DNA of 64,000 bases. Origin: Hydrolagus colliei. Taxonomy: Eukaryota. Of the stretch, positions 38,313 through 49,700 are shown piece by piece. The stretch is taken from assembly GCA_035084275.1 (NCBI GenBank), contig CM068755.1, positions 3,596,001-3,660,000 on the forward strand, read 5' to 3'. The notes under the pieces were generated by a model, which was not told where the DNA came from, did no database searches, and saw only the letters and a program-made list of their open reading frames with translations. A program made the position numbers and the translations under genes. The stretch's first letter is position 1, and each line of letters begins with the position of its first letter.

Positions 38313-38500
38313 GGCCCCCAGACTGGAGTCAGTTGCTTTAAATACTGTGGACGGTGAACAGCCGTGTATTACTGAACCGTGCAAGCCCTTCTCTGCCCGG
38401 CCCGGCCCGGCTAGTCATCATCCCCACAACGTGGATCCTGATCCTGACTTGCCTTGTGCGGTGACATCACCGCACTCTCCTGAACCGTTCATTGGCCAGT
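38313..38500 (-). promoter_or_regulatory. Candidate CD276 promoter
   Basis: Non-repetitive, CpG-retaining segment: TATTTAAA, GC-rich gcccggcccggcccgg, palindrome GTGCGGTGA-CA-TCACCGCAC (38456-38475) and GGCCAATGA CCAAT box (about 38489-38497, minus strand). Confidence 0.45.
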
Positions 38501-39460
38501 GTTTGAGCCTCTCCTCTCTGCGAGAGGGAGTTCCCCCTGAGGGAACACATTTTCAGTGATATGTTGTTAACACACACACACACACACACAGCCGCTCTGT
38601 GCTGAGCAAACACACACAAACCCTAGCCTGTCTATTGAATGGATCTAGCAACCAACTGTACTCTCTCTCTCTCTCTCTATCACAACCCCAACCCCTGTGA
38701 TCAGGTCTCCCCATGCCTGTTTGTTTGCGGGACGCTGCTGTGCGCAATCAGCTGCCGCTTATCATCCCACAAAGTACACAGTCACTCTACTTTACAGTAT
38801 AATCTGTGAAGCACCTTGAAATGTCTCAATGGCGCGATAAGGCGCTGTATCAAATGCAAGGATTACGATTCTTATTTTTATTGTTGTTTCTATTACAGTA
38901 TTATGATGATTTACTGGGGAGATTTGGGAGTGTGCGCTATTCTACTTTAAATCCCCCCCCCCCCGCCCGCCCCCCCCCCAACAAGAAGGGACTTCCGAGT
39001 TTTTGGAAACACCAGCTGGGTGTTTGAGTGAGGAGGTTCGAGAGGTCTCGCAATCTGTGCCGGCAGCAAATCCCAAAGGGGAAGGTGGTGTCCGATATTT
39101 CCCTGGCTAACATCCTGTCCTCCCTGCTTTGTTGCTAATGCAAACCAGATTGAACTGCAGGTTTCAAATGGATCAGATTTCCTCGGTACAATCACATGAT
39201 TGCGAGACACACTCCCACCCACGCACCCCCCCCCCCCCTCCCCCCCAGTCCCCCTCTCTCTCATTCTCATTCTCTCTCTGTCTCTCTCTCTCTCTCACTC
39301 ACTCCCTCAGCCAGGCTCTCCTCCCAGCCGCCACCACACACACACACACACAAATGTTCAGACATCCAGTAGTACTCCACACCCCCAGGCTCGCAGACTC
39401 ACCAGTCAGCAAAGCTCTCGCCTCTTGAGTCAGAAGGTCGTAGGTTCAAGCCCAACTAGA

Positions 39461-39925
39461 ATAATAATAATAATCCTTGCATTTGATCTAGCTCTTTTCA
39501 CATCTTATCGACATCTCAAACCGCTTCACAGACTATACTGTAAAGTGGATTCATAGATTCATAGAATTTTACGGCACAAAAGGAGGCCATTCGGCCCATC
39601 TAGTCTGTGCCGGCTCTTTGAAAAGAGCGATTCAATCCCACTGCCCTGCCCGCTCCCCATAGCCTAATAGACCTGTTCTCCCTAAATAAAGATCTAATTC
39701 CCTTTTAAAAGTTGTTATCGAATCAGCTTCCATCACCTTTTCAGGCAATGCATTCCAGTTGACTGTACATTTCTGGGCGAAACGCGGCAGCCAATTGTGC
39801 AAAGCAGCGCCCCCCACAAACAGTCATTGATTGAAACGAACAATTTTTATTCTTGTGAATTGTTTTGGAACGGATTATTATTAGGTGTGTGGTGTAAGGA
39901 AACTTGCCCAGGGTTTCGCCCTGAC
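39461..39925 (-). mobile_element. SINE-A interrupted by a CR1 3' end
   Basis: gtaaagtggatt|...|ttgactgtacatttctgggcg rejoins the consensus. Confidence 0.85.
39552..39757 (-). mobile_element. CR1 3' end nested in SINE-A
   Basis: catagattcatagaa tail, ggaggccattcggccc; reverse reads NWNALPEKVMEADSITTFKRELDLYL. Confidence 0.88.
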
Positions 39926-40445
39926 CTGCCGGCCTCTGAGGCGCTATATAAATGCAACTTGTTGTTGCCTGATCACTTACCAGAGGCCAATCCCAGCCTA
40001 CAACATTGCATGTGTGTTTTTATTTGCTTAATGAAATTACGACTGTCCTCTCAAATTGATGGTTTACTTGAAGATGTTGTTTGTATGTTGTTTGCCCGCA
40101 GTTTACAAGTCAGGAGATTTGAGGAGAACGAGGCCAAGGAAAGCACTCCAGCGCGAAATAACATATTCGAAAAGGACAGAATATCAGGTTCCCTGAAACA
40201 CATCTCGTTCACAGACGAAGCAGTGAGATTTTTCTTTCCTGTCAAAACTGCTTTGGTAGCTAGAGGACAGGGAGCCCTTTCACTCCCTCACTCACAGGGA
40301 GACAGATAGCTCCCGTGTGCTTGTTGAACGATGCTCTGTACTGAGGTAGTAACAGCAGTACAGCATAGTGCTAGTGTTAGGTCATCAACTCAATTCCACA
40401 CATCCTTCTCCCATCCCAACACCTTTCTGCTCCTTGCTCGATCTG

Positions 40446-40661
40446 GTGGAGTCTTGTAACTCGGTGGTTAGAGCATTCACCTCGAAGTGAGAAAACCTGG
40501 GTTCGATTTCCAGGCTGGGCAAAACGTTGGGAAGGTTTCTTTACTCCACGTACCTCTGTTACTTACGCTTACTACCCAGTAGTAAATAGAAACTCCGTTG
40601 TTAGTTGATTGGCGGATCACTTTCCGGGGTTAATAATCCTTTAAAATAAAAAAATTGTTCA
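40446..40661 (+). mobile_element. SINE-A long subfamily, 5' part
   Basis: Head plus ctctgttacttacgctttactacccagtagtaaatag insert. Confidence 0.8.
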
Positions 40662-40694
40662 CTGAAGGCCCCTTGCCATTCATGGGGCACACAT

Positions 40695-40987
40695 TAATAA
40701 TAATTAAGAATAATCCTTGCGTTTGGTATAGTGCTTTTTCACATTTTTGAGACGTCTCAAAGTGCTTCACAGAGCATACTGTGAAGTGAATTGACTATAT
40801 TTTGTGGGCGAAATACAGCAATTAACTAACAACTATGTTCCTACTTACTGCTAAGTAAACAGAGGAGTAAAGGGGGAGGAGTGTGGCGTAAGGAAACTTG
40901 CTTAAGATTTCTTCCTGCCTGGGAATTGAACCTGGGTGCTCTCGCTCGTGAGGCGAGCTCTTTAATCAATGAGCTACAGGATTCCAC
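40695..40987 (-). mobile_element. SINE-A long subfamily
   Basis: Tail, shortened body, cctacttactgctaagtaaacagagg, and head. Confidence 0.8.
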
Positions 40988-41527
40988 TTCGACCTGAAAG
41001 TCTTAATCCTAAGAAAAGGGGTTATTCCCACTGGGTCTAGATTTATCTATTTATGTAGTACGTCAGAGTGTCCAATTTGCATGTGGTTGATCAGTTTTAC
41101 CCTTCAAACCCACTTTCTGTCATTTCCTGGAAGAAACTTCTAGAAAAATACCTCTTGAAAATGGAGGCAGGGTTTACAAATTTACAAACACCGCAAATAT
41201 CCAGACCATCATTAGCTCCAAATCAACACTGCAACGCATCGGCAATGCCTTGGTGTCAGGAATCCAATTCCTGCGAGCAGCTAGCGTGCAAAATCAATGA
41301 GAATTATTCTATTCCCTTCATGGAATATGCTTAGAATACACCGTCGTGATATTATGGGATTAGAATTCACTGCAATATTTGTCCCTTTTATTTTAATGTT
41401 TATCCATCTCCAGACTTTCCTCTTCGGTCTCATCTCGTTCAAGGTCCATCTCAAGACCTTCATCTTAATGAAGTCAGGGCAATTACTTCAAATTAAGATT
41501 TTAATATTACCAGATGAGAATTCCAGA

Positions 41528-41850
41528 TGTGGAGCTCCTGTTGCTCAGTGGTTAGAGCGTTCGCCTTGCAAGCGTGAGACCTGTATTCGAACCCAGGCAG
41601 GTCAGAGCGAAACCTTGGGCAAGTTTCCTTACTCCACACGCCTAATAATAATCCCACCCAAAAAAAACACAATAAGAAAATTTATCATTTCAATCCACGA
41701 CTGTGTGTGGGACACTGCTGTGCGCAATTGGCTGCCGCGTTTCACCCACAAATATATACAGTCAATTCACTTTACAGTGTATTGTGTGAAGCGCTTTGAG
41801 ACGTCGATCAGGTGTGAAAAGCGCTGTATGAAATGTACGGATTATCTTTA
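41528..41850 (+). mobile_element. SINE-A full length
   Basis: A box tgctcagtgg, ttcgccttgcaagcg arm, B box attcgaaccc. Confidence 0.9.
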
Positions 41851-42460
41851 TATCAATTACAAGCAGTCGTGGATCGAGTGACCAAATTATCAGGAATATT
41901 ATTTTTTCTGAGGGATAATCATGCCTGGAAAAGCAATCCACCAACTGACTTAACAACTGGTTTTCGGTGAAACAGGTCACTTTTCTGATGTGCAGCAGAC
42001 GTTAAAGAAGTGATCTGTTTCACAGGAAACCATAAAACATGCAGAAAGGGTATTTCTGAAATCTGGCAGCTCGTAACACATTTCCTGCAGCATTGCACTT
42101 TTGCAGGCCGTCAAAAGGTTAATCCCGGGGGGAATACAACAAACGCTGCAACAGATTTCCTGCTACAGTCACTGTGCACTTCCTTCGTCTCTGTGTGGCG
42201 GTCGTGCGCTCACTTGCCTTTTTACCTATTTTGAAACAAGTTATCATGATGGGGCTCATTTTAGAAGTTCTGACGAACCTGTCTATTCAACACTGCGTAA
42301 CTACCGGAGGGTGTTAATCTGCCCACTTCATTAGCTCTGGTAGGTGACATGCTTTGGCTATGATCACAGACTGGGCATGTGAACAGTGGAACAGACGGGT
42401 GAATATCAATGGGCTTCTCCACCCTGCAGAGGGGAAAGATGAACAAAGGCGCGGTCAAAT

Positions 42461-42788
42461 ATAATAATAATAATAATCCTTGCATTTGATATAGCGCTTT
42501 TCACATCTTCTAGACGTCCCAAAGCGCTTCACAGAATATACTGTAAAGTGAATTGACTGTATATATTTGTGGGCGAAACGCAGCAGCCAATTGCGCACAG
42601 CAGCGTCCCCACAAACAGCCGTGGATTGAAATGACCAATTTTATTATCGTGATTTTTTTGGAGGGATTATTATTAGGCATGTGGAGTAAGGAAACTTGCC
42701 CAAGGTTTCGCCCTGACCTGCCTGGATTCGAACACGGGTCTTACGCTTGCAAGCGAGTGCTCTAACCACTGAGCCGCAGGAGCTCCAC
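42461..42788 (-). mobile_element. SINE-A full length, near consensus
   Basis: Complete head, body, stem-loop agcgcttttcacatcttctagacgtcccaaagcgct and (TAA)n. Confidence 0.92.
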
Positions 42789-43480
42789 AAAGAGCTTGTG
42801 GGAAATTGCTGTGCGCAATTGGCTGCTATTCGCCGACAGAGATGCAGTCAATTCACTTTACAGTATATTCTGTGAAGCGCTTTGAGACGTCTAGGAGACG
42901 TGAAAAGTGCTATAACAAATGCAAGGATTATTATTATTATTATTATGTTGGTATGAAAGCTTCTGGGATCTGGGACTCGGTGTGGAGCGGAGTGAGTCGA
43001 GGCCTGTGAATTAAGCACAGTAAAATATGCAGTGTGAGGCAAGGAGGCAAGGAGTAAAATGAATGAAGTCACTGCTTGCTACTTCTTGTCTATTCCTGTT
43101 TGTAACTTTTTCTTGCCATTCATTGCTCTTGTTGAACGCTAGCATCAGAGAACATCTCTCTTACCCCCAACAGATTGCCATAACTTTCCTTTGCTTTGGC
43201 TAGGATCTTATTTCACAAAGCGGAACGGTTGCGTTCCTCACATCAGCTACAGTATTGACCCCCATGGCTGTTTTTGGGACACTGCTGTGCGTAAAACTAG
43301 CAGCTGCGTTCTGCTCACAAAATGCACAGTTGATCCACTTTACAGTACAGCCTGTGAAGTGCTTTGAGATGTCTCGGTGATAATCCACTGTGTGAAATGC
43401 AAGAATTATTATTATTTTTATTGTCGTTTCGATTCGATTCCATCACCACACCAATTATTTTCCCGTTTAGATTTCCAGAA

Positions 43481-43890
43481 GCCTGGCTCAGTGAGTCAGT
43501 GGGTAACACTCGCCTCTTTGGGTCAGGAGGTTGTGGATTCAACAACCAACAGCAGGACGTTTTTAACTGGCACGGTCAAGGCTGCTCCTGCAGTGCAGTG
43601 ATGGGGTGGGGGGGGTGGGGGGTGGGTGGGGGGCAGTGGGGCTGTATTGTTGGGAGAGCCGTCCTTCGCATAGGACATTGAACCATGGTCCTGTCTCTAC
43701 ATGGTCAAGTGGACGTTAAAGATCCCATGGCACTATTCGAAAAAGAGAAGGGAGTTTCTCTCAATCCCCAACACTTTCTGGCTGTTTGTGAGACCTTGCT
43801 GCGTTCACCTACAAAAAACACACAGTCACTACGTTTTACAGTGCTTTACCTGTGAAGCACTTTCAGAAGGCCTCCTGACCTGCGCGGGCT
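43481..43890 (+). mobile_element. Deu-domain SINE
   Basis: Head gcctggctcagtg.., core gtggacgttaaagatcccatggcactattcgaaaaagagaagggag. Confidence 0.78.
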
Positions 43891-44926
43891 TCAGTTATCC
43901 AGCATTTGCACCTCTGATTTTATACTTTCTTTTATACTTTCGATTTGTTTTAAACCACAAGTAAAATGATTCCATGTATTCTGCAGGCACTGAACTAGGA
44001 TGTACGGGGATCATGAAAGTTACATTGAATAAGACTGCTTGATCTCATCCTTCCACGATACCCACCCTACTGTCTTCCTATTACAGCATCAAGCTGCTTT
44101 TTAAAATATAACCACAAGCCTCAATTGCCCTTCCTGGTAATCTATTCCACCTGTGCAAATAACTGCTTCCTGCATAAAACCAAATCTGCAACTGAGAAAA
44201 TATTAAGTAAGACAGGGTCCTCAACCTTCACAAACAATATCCCAGAAGAGGGGATCTCGTGGAGCTGTAAAAGCTTCTAGATTGATTGGGAAATGGATAC
44301 AGTAACAATGATAATAAGAATCCTTTTTTTGACAATGAGCCGGGCCACATCGTTGAGACGTTTCAAAGTGCTTCACAGAAATACACTCAGTCACCTCGGT
44401 TAGAGTACTCACCTCGCAAGCGAGACACCTGAGTTTGATTCCTGGCAGGCCAACTTCACTTACTCCACCTGCCGGATAATAATGCCTCGAGGACAAAAAA
44501 CAATGGCAGTCACACAGTAACATTTCAGGCAGGAATGGGACAGTGGGTGTTCCAGTCGTCCGAACACTCGGACTCAATTAACAAGCAGCTGGGCGCTGCG
44601 ATGAGAGGATGGTGGGGTGGGCGTGCTGGAGGGAAGTTGCTTTCTTCATCCAAATCAAGCTTGTGGTCACCACCAGAGTACAGTATTGTAGACTCTTCAC
44701 TGTAGGTGGCTTCCCATTGTTGAAGTGACACTTGGTCACCAGCAGATGTCAGCACTCGATGCCTCACAGCTGCTCTGACCTTCAGGCAAAAGAATATAAT
44801 AAGGGGAAGCCTTGCAACTGATCCAGCGCCTTATCACGTCTACGGTGCTGAGAGAAGAAGACTCAGAGGAGCCTTGCAGAGGCGTTTATGTTTAAAATGG
44901 GATTGAGAAGGGTAAACCCAGATGAT

Positions 44927-45224
44927 GAGTCCTGTAGCTCATTGGTTAGAAAACTCGCCTTACAAGCGAGAGACTGTGTTCGAATCCAGGCAGGTCAGAG
45001 CGAAACCTTGGGCAAGTTTCTTTACTCCACACACCCGATAATAATCCCTCCCCCCCAAAAAAACCACACAATAATAAAACTGGTCATTTCAATCCACGAC
45101 TGATGGCAGGACACTGCTGTGCGCAAACGGCTGCTGCGTTTCGCCCACAAACACACAGGTAATTCACTTGATTCCGCGAAGCGCTTTGAGACATCTAGAA
45201 GAGATGCTATGCAAGGATTATCAT
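44927..45224 (+). mobile_element. SINE-A
   Basis: gagtcctgtagctcattggttag..ctcgccttacaagcgagag..gttcgaatcc. Confidence 0.88.
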
Positions 45225-45769
45225 AAATATTTCAGGATGTACCAAGAAAATAATTGATTCGGGCACTCAACCCACCACTGTTTGTGGGACAATTTGCTGC
45301 TGCATTTTGTCGCAGTCGAACTCACTTGACAAAGATATCTCACATGCAATTAATTATTATGATTATTATTATTACATTCGACAGTGGAACGAGAGGCCAG
45401 TAGTTTAGAGTTGTAAAGGACAAGTTGCAGACAGCAACCAGGATTATAAGAGGGTATTCACGCACATAATTTACAGTGAATTCACTGTACAGTAAATGTT
45501 TACAGGGAGGGAGAGAGAGAGAGAGAGCATAGAAATACTCTGATTACCGGTGCGCAGCAACATAAAAAAAACTGTTCATTTCAATCCACGACCGTCTGTG
45601 GAGATACTGCTGTGCGCAAGTGACCGCTATGTTTCGCCCACAAAATATACAGTTGATTCACTTTACGGTGTATTCTGGTGAAGCGCTTTGAGGCGTCTAG
45701 AAGATGTGAAAAGCGCTACATCAAATGCAACGATTATTATTATTATTATTATTCTGTTATCGTCGGGAG

Positions 45770-46292
45770 CAGGTAACCAGGGCGGGCGGTTGAGGCTGGG
45801 ACCAATATCGTGATCTGTCACAAACTCCCCCCACCCAGCCTTCCTGCAGCGCCCCCCTGTGGGGCAGATCTGGGTAATGACAGCTGACAACAGTGCCCCC
45901 TGTGGCAGTTCTGGGTAGTGACCAATTAACAACAGCGCCCCATGTGGCAGCTCTGGGTAGTGACCAACTAACAACAGCGCCCCATGTGGCAGCTCTGGGT
46001 AGTGACCAAGTAACAACAGCGCCCTCTGTGGCAGATGGTGGTAATGACAGCTGACAGCAGCGCCCTCTGTGGCAGGGTCTGGGATCGAGGGAGTGCGGGG
46101 GCGGGGACGGTGGGGGAGCGGTGACAACATCGCCCCCCGGCGGCAGCTGAGGGTCACGGCTGACAGTGTGAGTGCGCAGGCGCTGTCCGGGAGCGGGGGA
46201 GGGAGCGGGCTGTGTGTGTGTCAGTGTGGCTGGAGCTGAGGGGCTGAGTGAGGGGCTGAGGCAGCGGCACCCGGACAGCAGCGCTGGCTACC
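45770..46292 (+). promoter_or_regulatory. NPTN: NPTN promoter and 5' UTR (GC/CpG-rich)
   Basis: GGGCGG boxes (about 45780 and 46098), CCAAT (about 45801), high GC, leading to Kozak-like ctaccATGG at 46293. Confidence 0.7.
45847..46085. repeat. Tandem array of six 41-44 bp units with core CAGCGCCCYMTGTGGCAG
   Basis: Units start at 45847, 45891, 45933, 45975, 46017 and 46058. Confidence 0.92.
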
Positions 46293-46377
46293 ATGGCAAC
46301 CCGCCGGGGCCCACACACACTCCTCCTGACCGCCCTCCTGGCCCTCAGCGGCCTCCACACGGCCCGGGCTCAGAGCG
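46293..46377 (+). CDS. NPTN: Neuroplastin exon 1 (signal peptide)
   Basis: MATRRGPHTLLLTALLALSGLHTARAQS+G, donor G|GTGAGT at 46378; phase 1 joins exon 2 to give AQS-AGFVKSP, as in vertebrate NPTN (AQN-AGFVKSP). Confidence 0.92.
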
Positions 46378-46561
46378 GTGAGTACATCTCTCCCCCCCCC
46401 CCCCCCCCCCCCACACACACATTGACCTGGGAGGGAGGGGGACCGCGGGGGTGGTGGGGGAGTCAGGGCTGGGGTCCGGGAGGCGAGGAGGTGAGGAGGT
46501 GAGGAGGAGGCCCGGGGGAGGCGGGGGGAGAGACAGATGGAAAGGGAGTGGGGAGGGGGGA

Positions 46562-46761
46562 NNNNNNNNNNNNNNNNNNNNNNNNNNNNNNNNNNNNNNN
46601 NNNNNNNNNNNNNNNNNNNNNNNNNNNNNNNNNNNNNNNNNNNNNNNNNNNNNNNNNNNNNNNNNNNNNNNNNNNNNNNNNNNNNNNNNNNNNNNNNNNN
46701 NNNNNNNNNNNNNNNNNNNNNNNNNNNNNNNNNNNNNNNNNNNNNNNNNNNNNNNNNNNNN
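46562..46761. other. Assembly gap (200 N)
   Basis: Run of N. Confidence 1.
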
Positions 46762-49700
46762 TTCCCCCCCCCCCCCCCCTTCGTTTCCATTATTTTTTTC
46801 TCTCTCAATTTCATTGCGATCAGGCCCAGGAGAGAGAGAGGGTGGGTGGGGGGGGGAGGGTGGGGGGTGAAGTCAATCTATTTTGTTGTTGTTGTTGTTG
46901 GGGAGAATTCAATTAAATATTGTTGAGTCACAAATTGGGATGGGGGTGGTTGATAATTTGTGTTCTGTTTGTGAAAAAACCAGAGCAATTGAATTCGAAA
47001 AATACTACCCAAACCCACGTTTGTCATATTAAAATAAATTTTAAAAAAACTACGTGTGATGAATGCAGTGTACAAATTCATCAGATAGTTATGTAATTCA
47101 CCTTTATCTTAAAAGAGTGGGGAATGGGGGCTAAAAATACATTTAAAGGGTCTTCTGCCATGCAATAACAATGCATATTATATTTCAAATGCATTTCTTG
47201 TTTTTTAAAATAAACCACAGCTTTCTGTGAGGATTATTATGGTCTAGGCTGAGAAGGATTCACAATCAATGTCATTCAGCATGAGAATAATGGAGGAACT
47301 GCAAGGTCAGGGGAAATCCTGAAAGTGAACACCATTGCTGTATTAATTAAGGCCATGGTAGTGTCTTCCAGAGAGGCCTTATAATATTTCCTTTTTACAG
47401 TATGCATTCTAAGTGTATGAACTAATAATTTCAAGGACAATATGCTGCTAAGTAACACCTCTTGTTCAATACCAACATAGAATAAGGTCAGTATGACTTG
47501 CAGTGTTAAGATCAAATTTTCCTCTCACACCCAGTCCAATAAGATGGCCTGGAGTAAAATACATTATGTAAAGGTGTGTGTACGCAGCATAAAATATTTG
47601 CCAGCCAGAGCTTGTTGAATTTATTCATTTTACAGAGATGTAAATTTTAAGCAACAATAGTTCAATTATTGCAGCTTTAATCTTAAAGCTCCCACTACTG
47701 CCTTTGATTATCATAATTTTATAATATTGCTTGAAGATAGGTTAGCCTCTAAGCTGCCTCTTATGAAATATAGTGCTGCTTTACTAATTCATGCAGTACT
47801 TTATTTTGAGATGAACTATGCACGAAGAGTGGCAAGTACTTTCAATTAACAGTGTTCTAAATCTTCATTATTTTGTATTGTGTTGCACTGGCTGTTTTGC
47901 AATGAGAAGCCAATTAATGCCAGAATGCAGTCGTTAAAATACACTAATTCTGCTTGCCTGCATAAAGACCAGCAGCAGATGAGTGGTCACTTTGTCTCCT
48001 TTGGGACTGCCCTATTACAGTACTTAACTGCAGCTAGCACACTACAGTATGTCTGGGGATAGGAGCCGCCACCCAAATAGTTGGTGGCAGGACAGTTTTA
48101 GACTAATCGTGCTTTAGAACCCATCAATTGCACTTTTTAAAATATAAAGATGATCGAGTATATGCAACTGAGAAGTTTCTAAAAAGTGATTTTCATTATT
48201 AATTTAATCGACTTGTCTGATCATGAAAATTAAGGTTGAGTTTTTGGTGAAGCGTGTGGCCAAAGGTCAAGAATAAGCCGTAGGTTTTTAATTTGAAAAA
48301 TACTTGCACCATGAACGGTGAATCATAATCATCTCCCACAACTGTGTCTGGATCGTTAACTCAGAAGTTTAGGGGTTTAGCCTTGTATTTGTGTTAGTGG
48401 TTCAGCATGCTGCTATATTGTCTCATCAAATCGCATCCATTCTCCGAATTGCTGTGGAGTGCATTGTGTGTGGAATGTGATGAAGGGAGCCCAAACTAAC
48501 ATTCACTCATCCAATGTGGAATTAAATATATTGAAGCAACATTTATACTGCCTGATTGTATCATTTAAATGAAACAAAACAGAAACAATCTTGCTCCCAA
48601 AATTGATTAATCAATAATTTACATTTTAAAATGTCAATAAGGAAATCGTGGTGGCTATTAAATATTCCTAACCAGCACTACAATTGAGCTTGGTAAACAA
48701 TTCAATTTTTTTGTGGTACAAAGTTGAAGAAATGTTTTCCTTTCCTAAGGTAACTTGTTAGAATATAATTTAATAGATAACTAAGGGCCTAACCTCAATT
48801 ATCTCAGCTACATTGTACTTGTGGCTAATCTTTGCTTTACAACATTTTGACACAATATATTGATGACTTGGCCTTTACTAGGTCTGGCTTTGTCCCAATC
48901 TCTATATTTACCCTTTCAGCAATGGGACATTTTAAGGGGTGGCCTGATTGAATTTCCTTACTGTAATACATTGACTATGAAATTAATTGAATATCCCTGC
49001 ATGTTCCATGCTGTTAATTAAGACCATATAACTGAGTTAGTGAAATCTTTAAAACAAACATCATCAAGAGGCATCGATGAAAGAAATGTGAGGAAGTTAT
49101 TTAACTCGGACTGGGCAGAACTAGTTCTAGCAGATGTGGAGAACTTGCATTTTAAATTTAGAAGAACCTTTAAAATGAAGCATAGATAGGAGAGAGGTGA
49201 AAATTTTAATTATGGGAATGTGTTAATCTATAATTTTTGCTGATGATTTCACACAAAAAAGCAGAACCTTCTTCAAGGAGATAGTGGTTAGAGTGAATGA
49301 GATTTTGCGTGATACGTGTGTGGGGGAAGCACATTTGTGATGTATGCTTTTTTCTTGGATGAGGGTCCTTCTCGATTAGCATGGTTCAGTGGATTAGTGG
49401 CACAATTAAATGATTTGGCCATGGGAGAAGTATATTGAGGTTAAATTCCTGAGGGTGTTTTCAGTTTGATTTTGCTTTAAAAAAAATCAATTTGCATTTG
49501 AAGTTTGCATTTCCAAATATGTTTGCAACATGAATGTTTTGCTCTGTTTATATGACAACTCTCGAAGACTAATTGTGATTTCATAGACTCCTAGCAAAAC
49601 GCAGGCTGTATATTTGACAGAGAATGCATTGGTTAGCACAAAATGCTTATATGCAATTGCCATTTACATTGCTTTGACCTCTCATCTCCTTTGCTGCCTC

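Noticed and set aside
38299-38559. 86-aa plus-strand ORF
   Set aside because: Non-ATG start and no recognisable domain; better explained as GC-rich promoter sequence.
41297-41881. 194-aa ORF and the many CETLGKFPYST/CEKRYIKCKDYYY ORFs
   Set aside because: Chance open frames through SINE copies; no coding signal.
45847-46085. CRISPR-like repeat/spacer appearance
   Set aside because: The spacers are homologous to each other, the genome is eukaryotic, and there are no cas genes; it is a minisatellite.
46261-46285. RE1/REST-like GGCACCCGGACAGCAGC in the NPTN 5' UTR
   Set aside because: One base short between half-sites and mismatched at the 3' end relative to TTCAGCACCNCGGACAGCGCC; not supportable without a PWM or ChIP data.
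46221-46926. ORFs spanning the N run
   Set aside because: Artefacts of the assembly gap and G/C homopolymers.
48257-48269. DR1 nuclear-receptor motif TGGCCAAAGGTCA
   Set aside because: A single short motif is expected by chance in 64 kb, with no supporting context.
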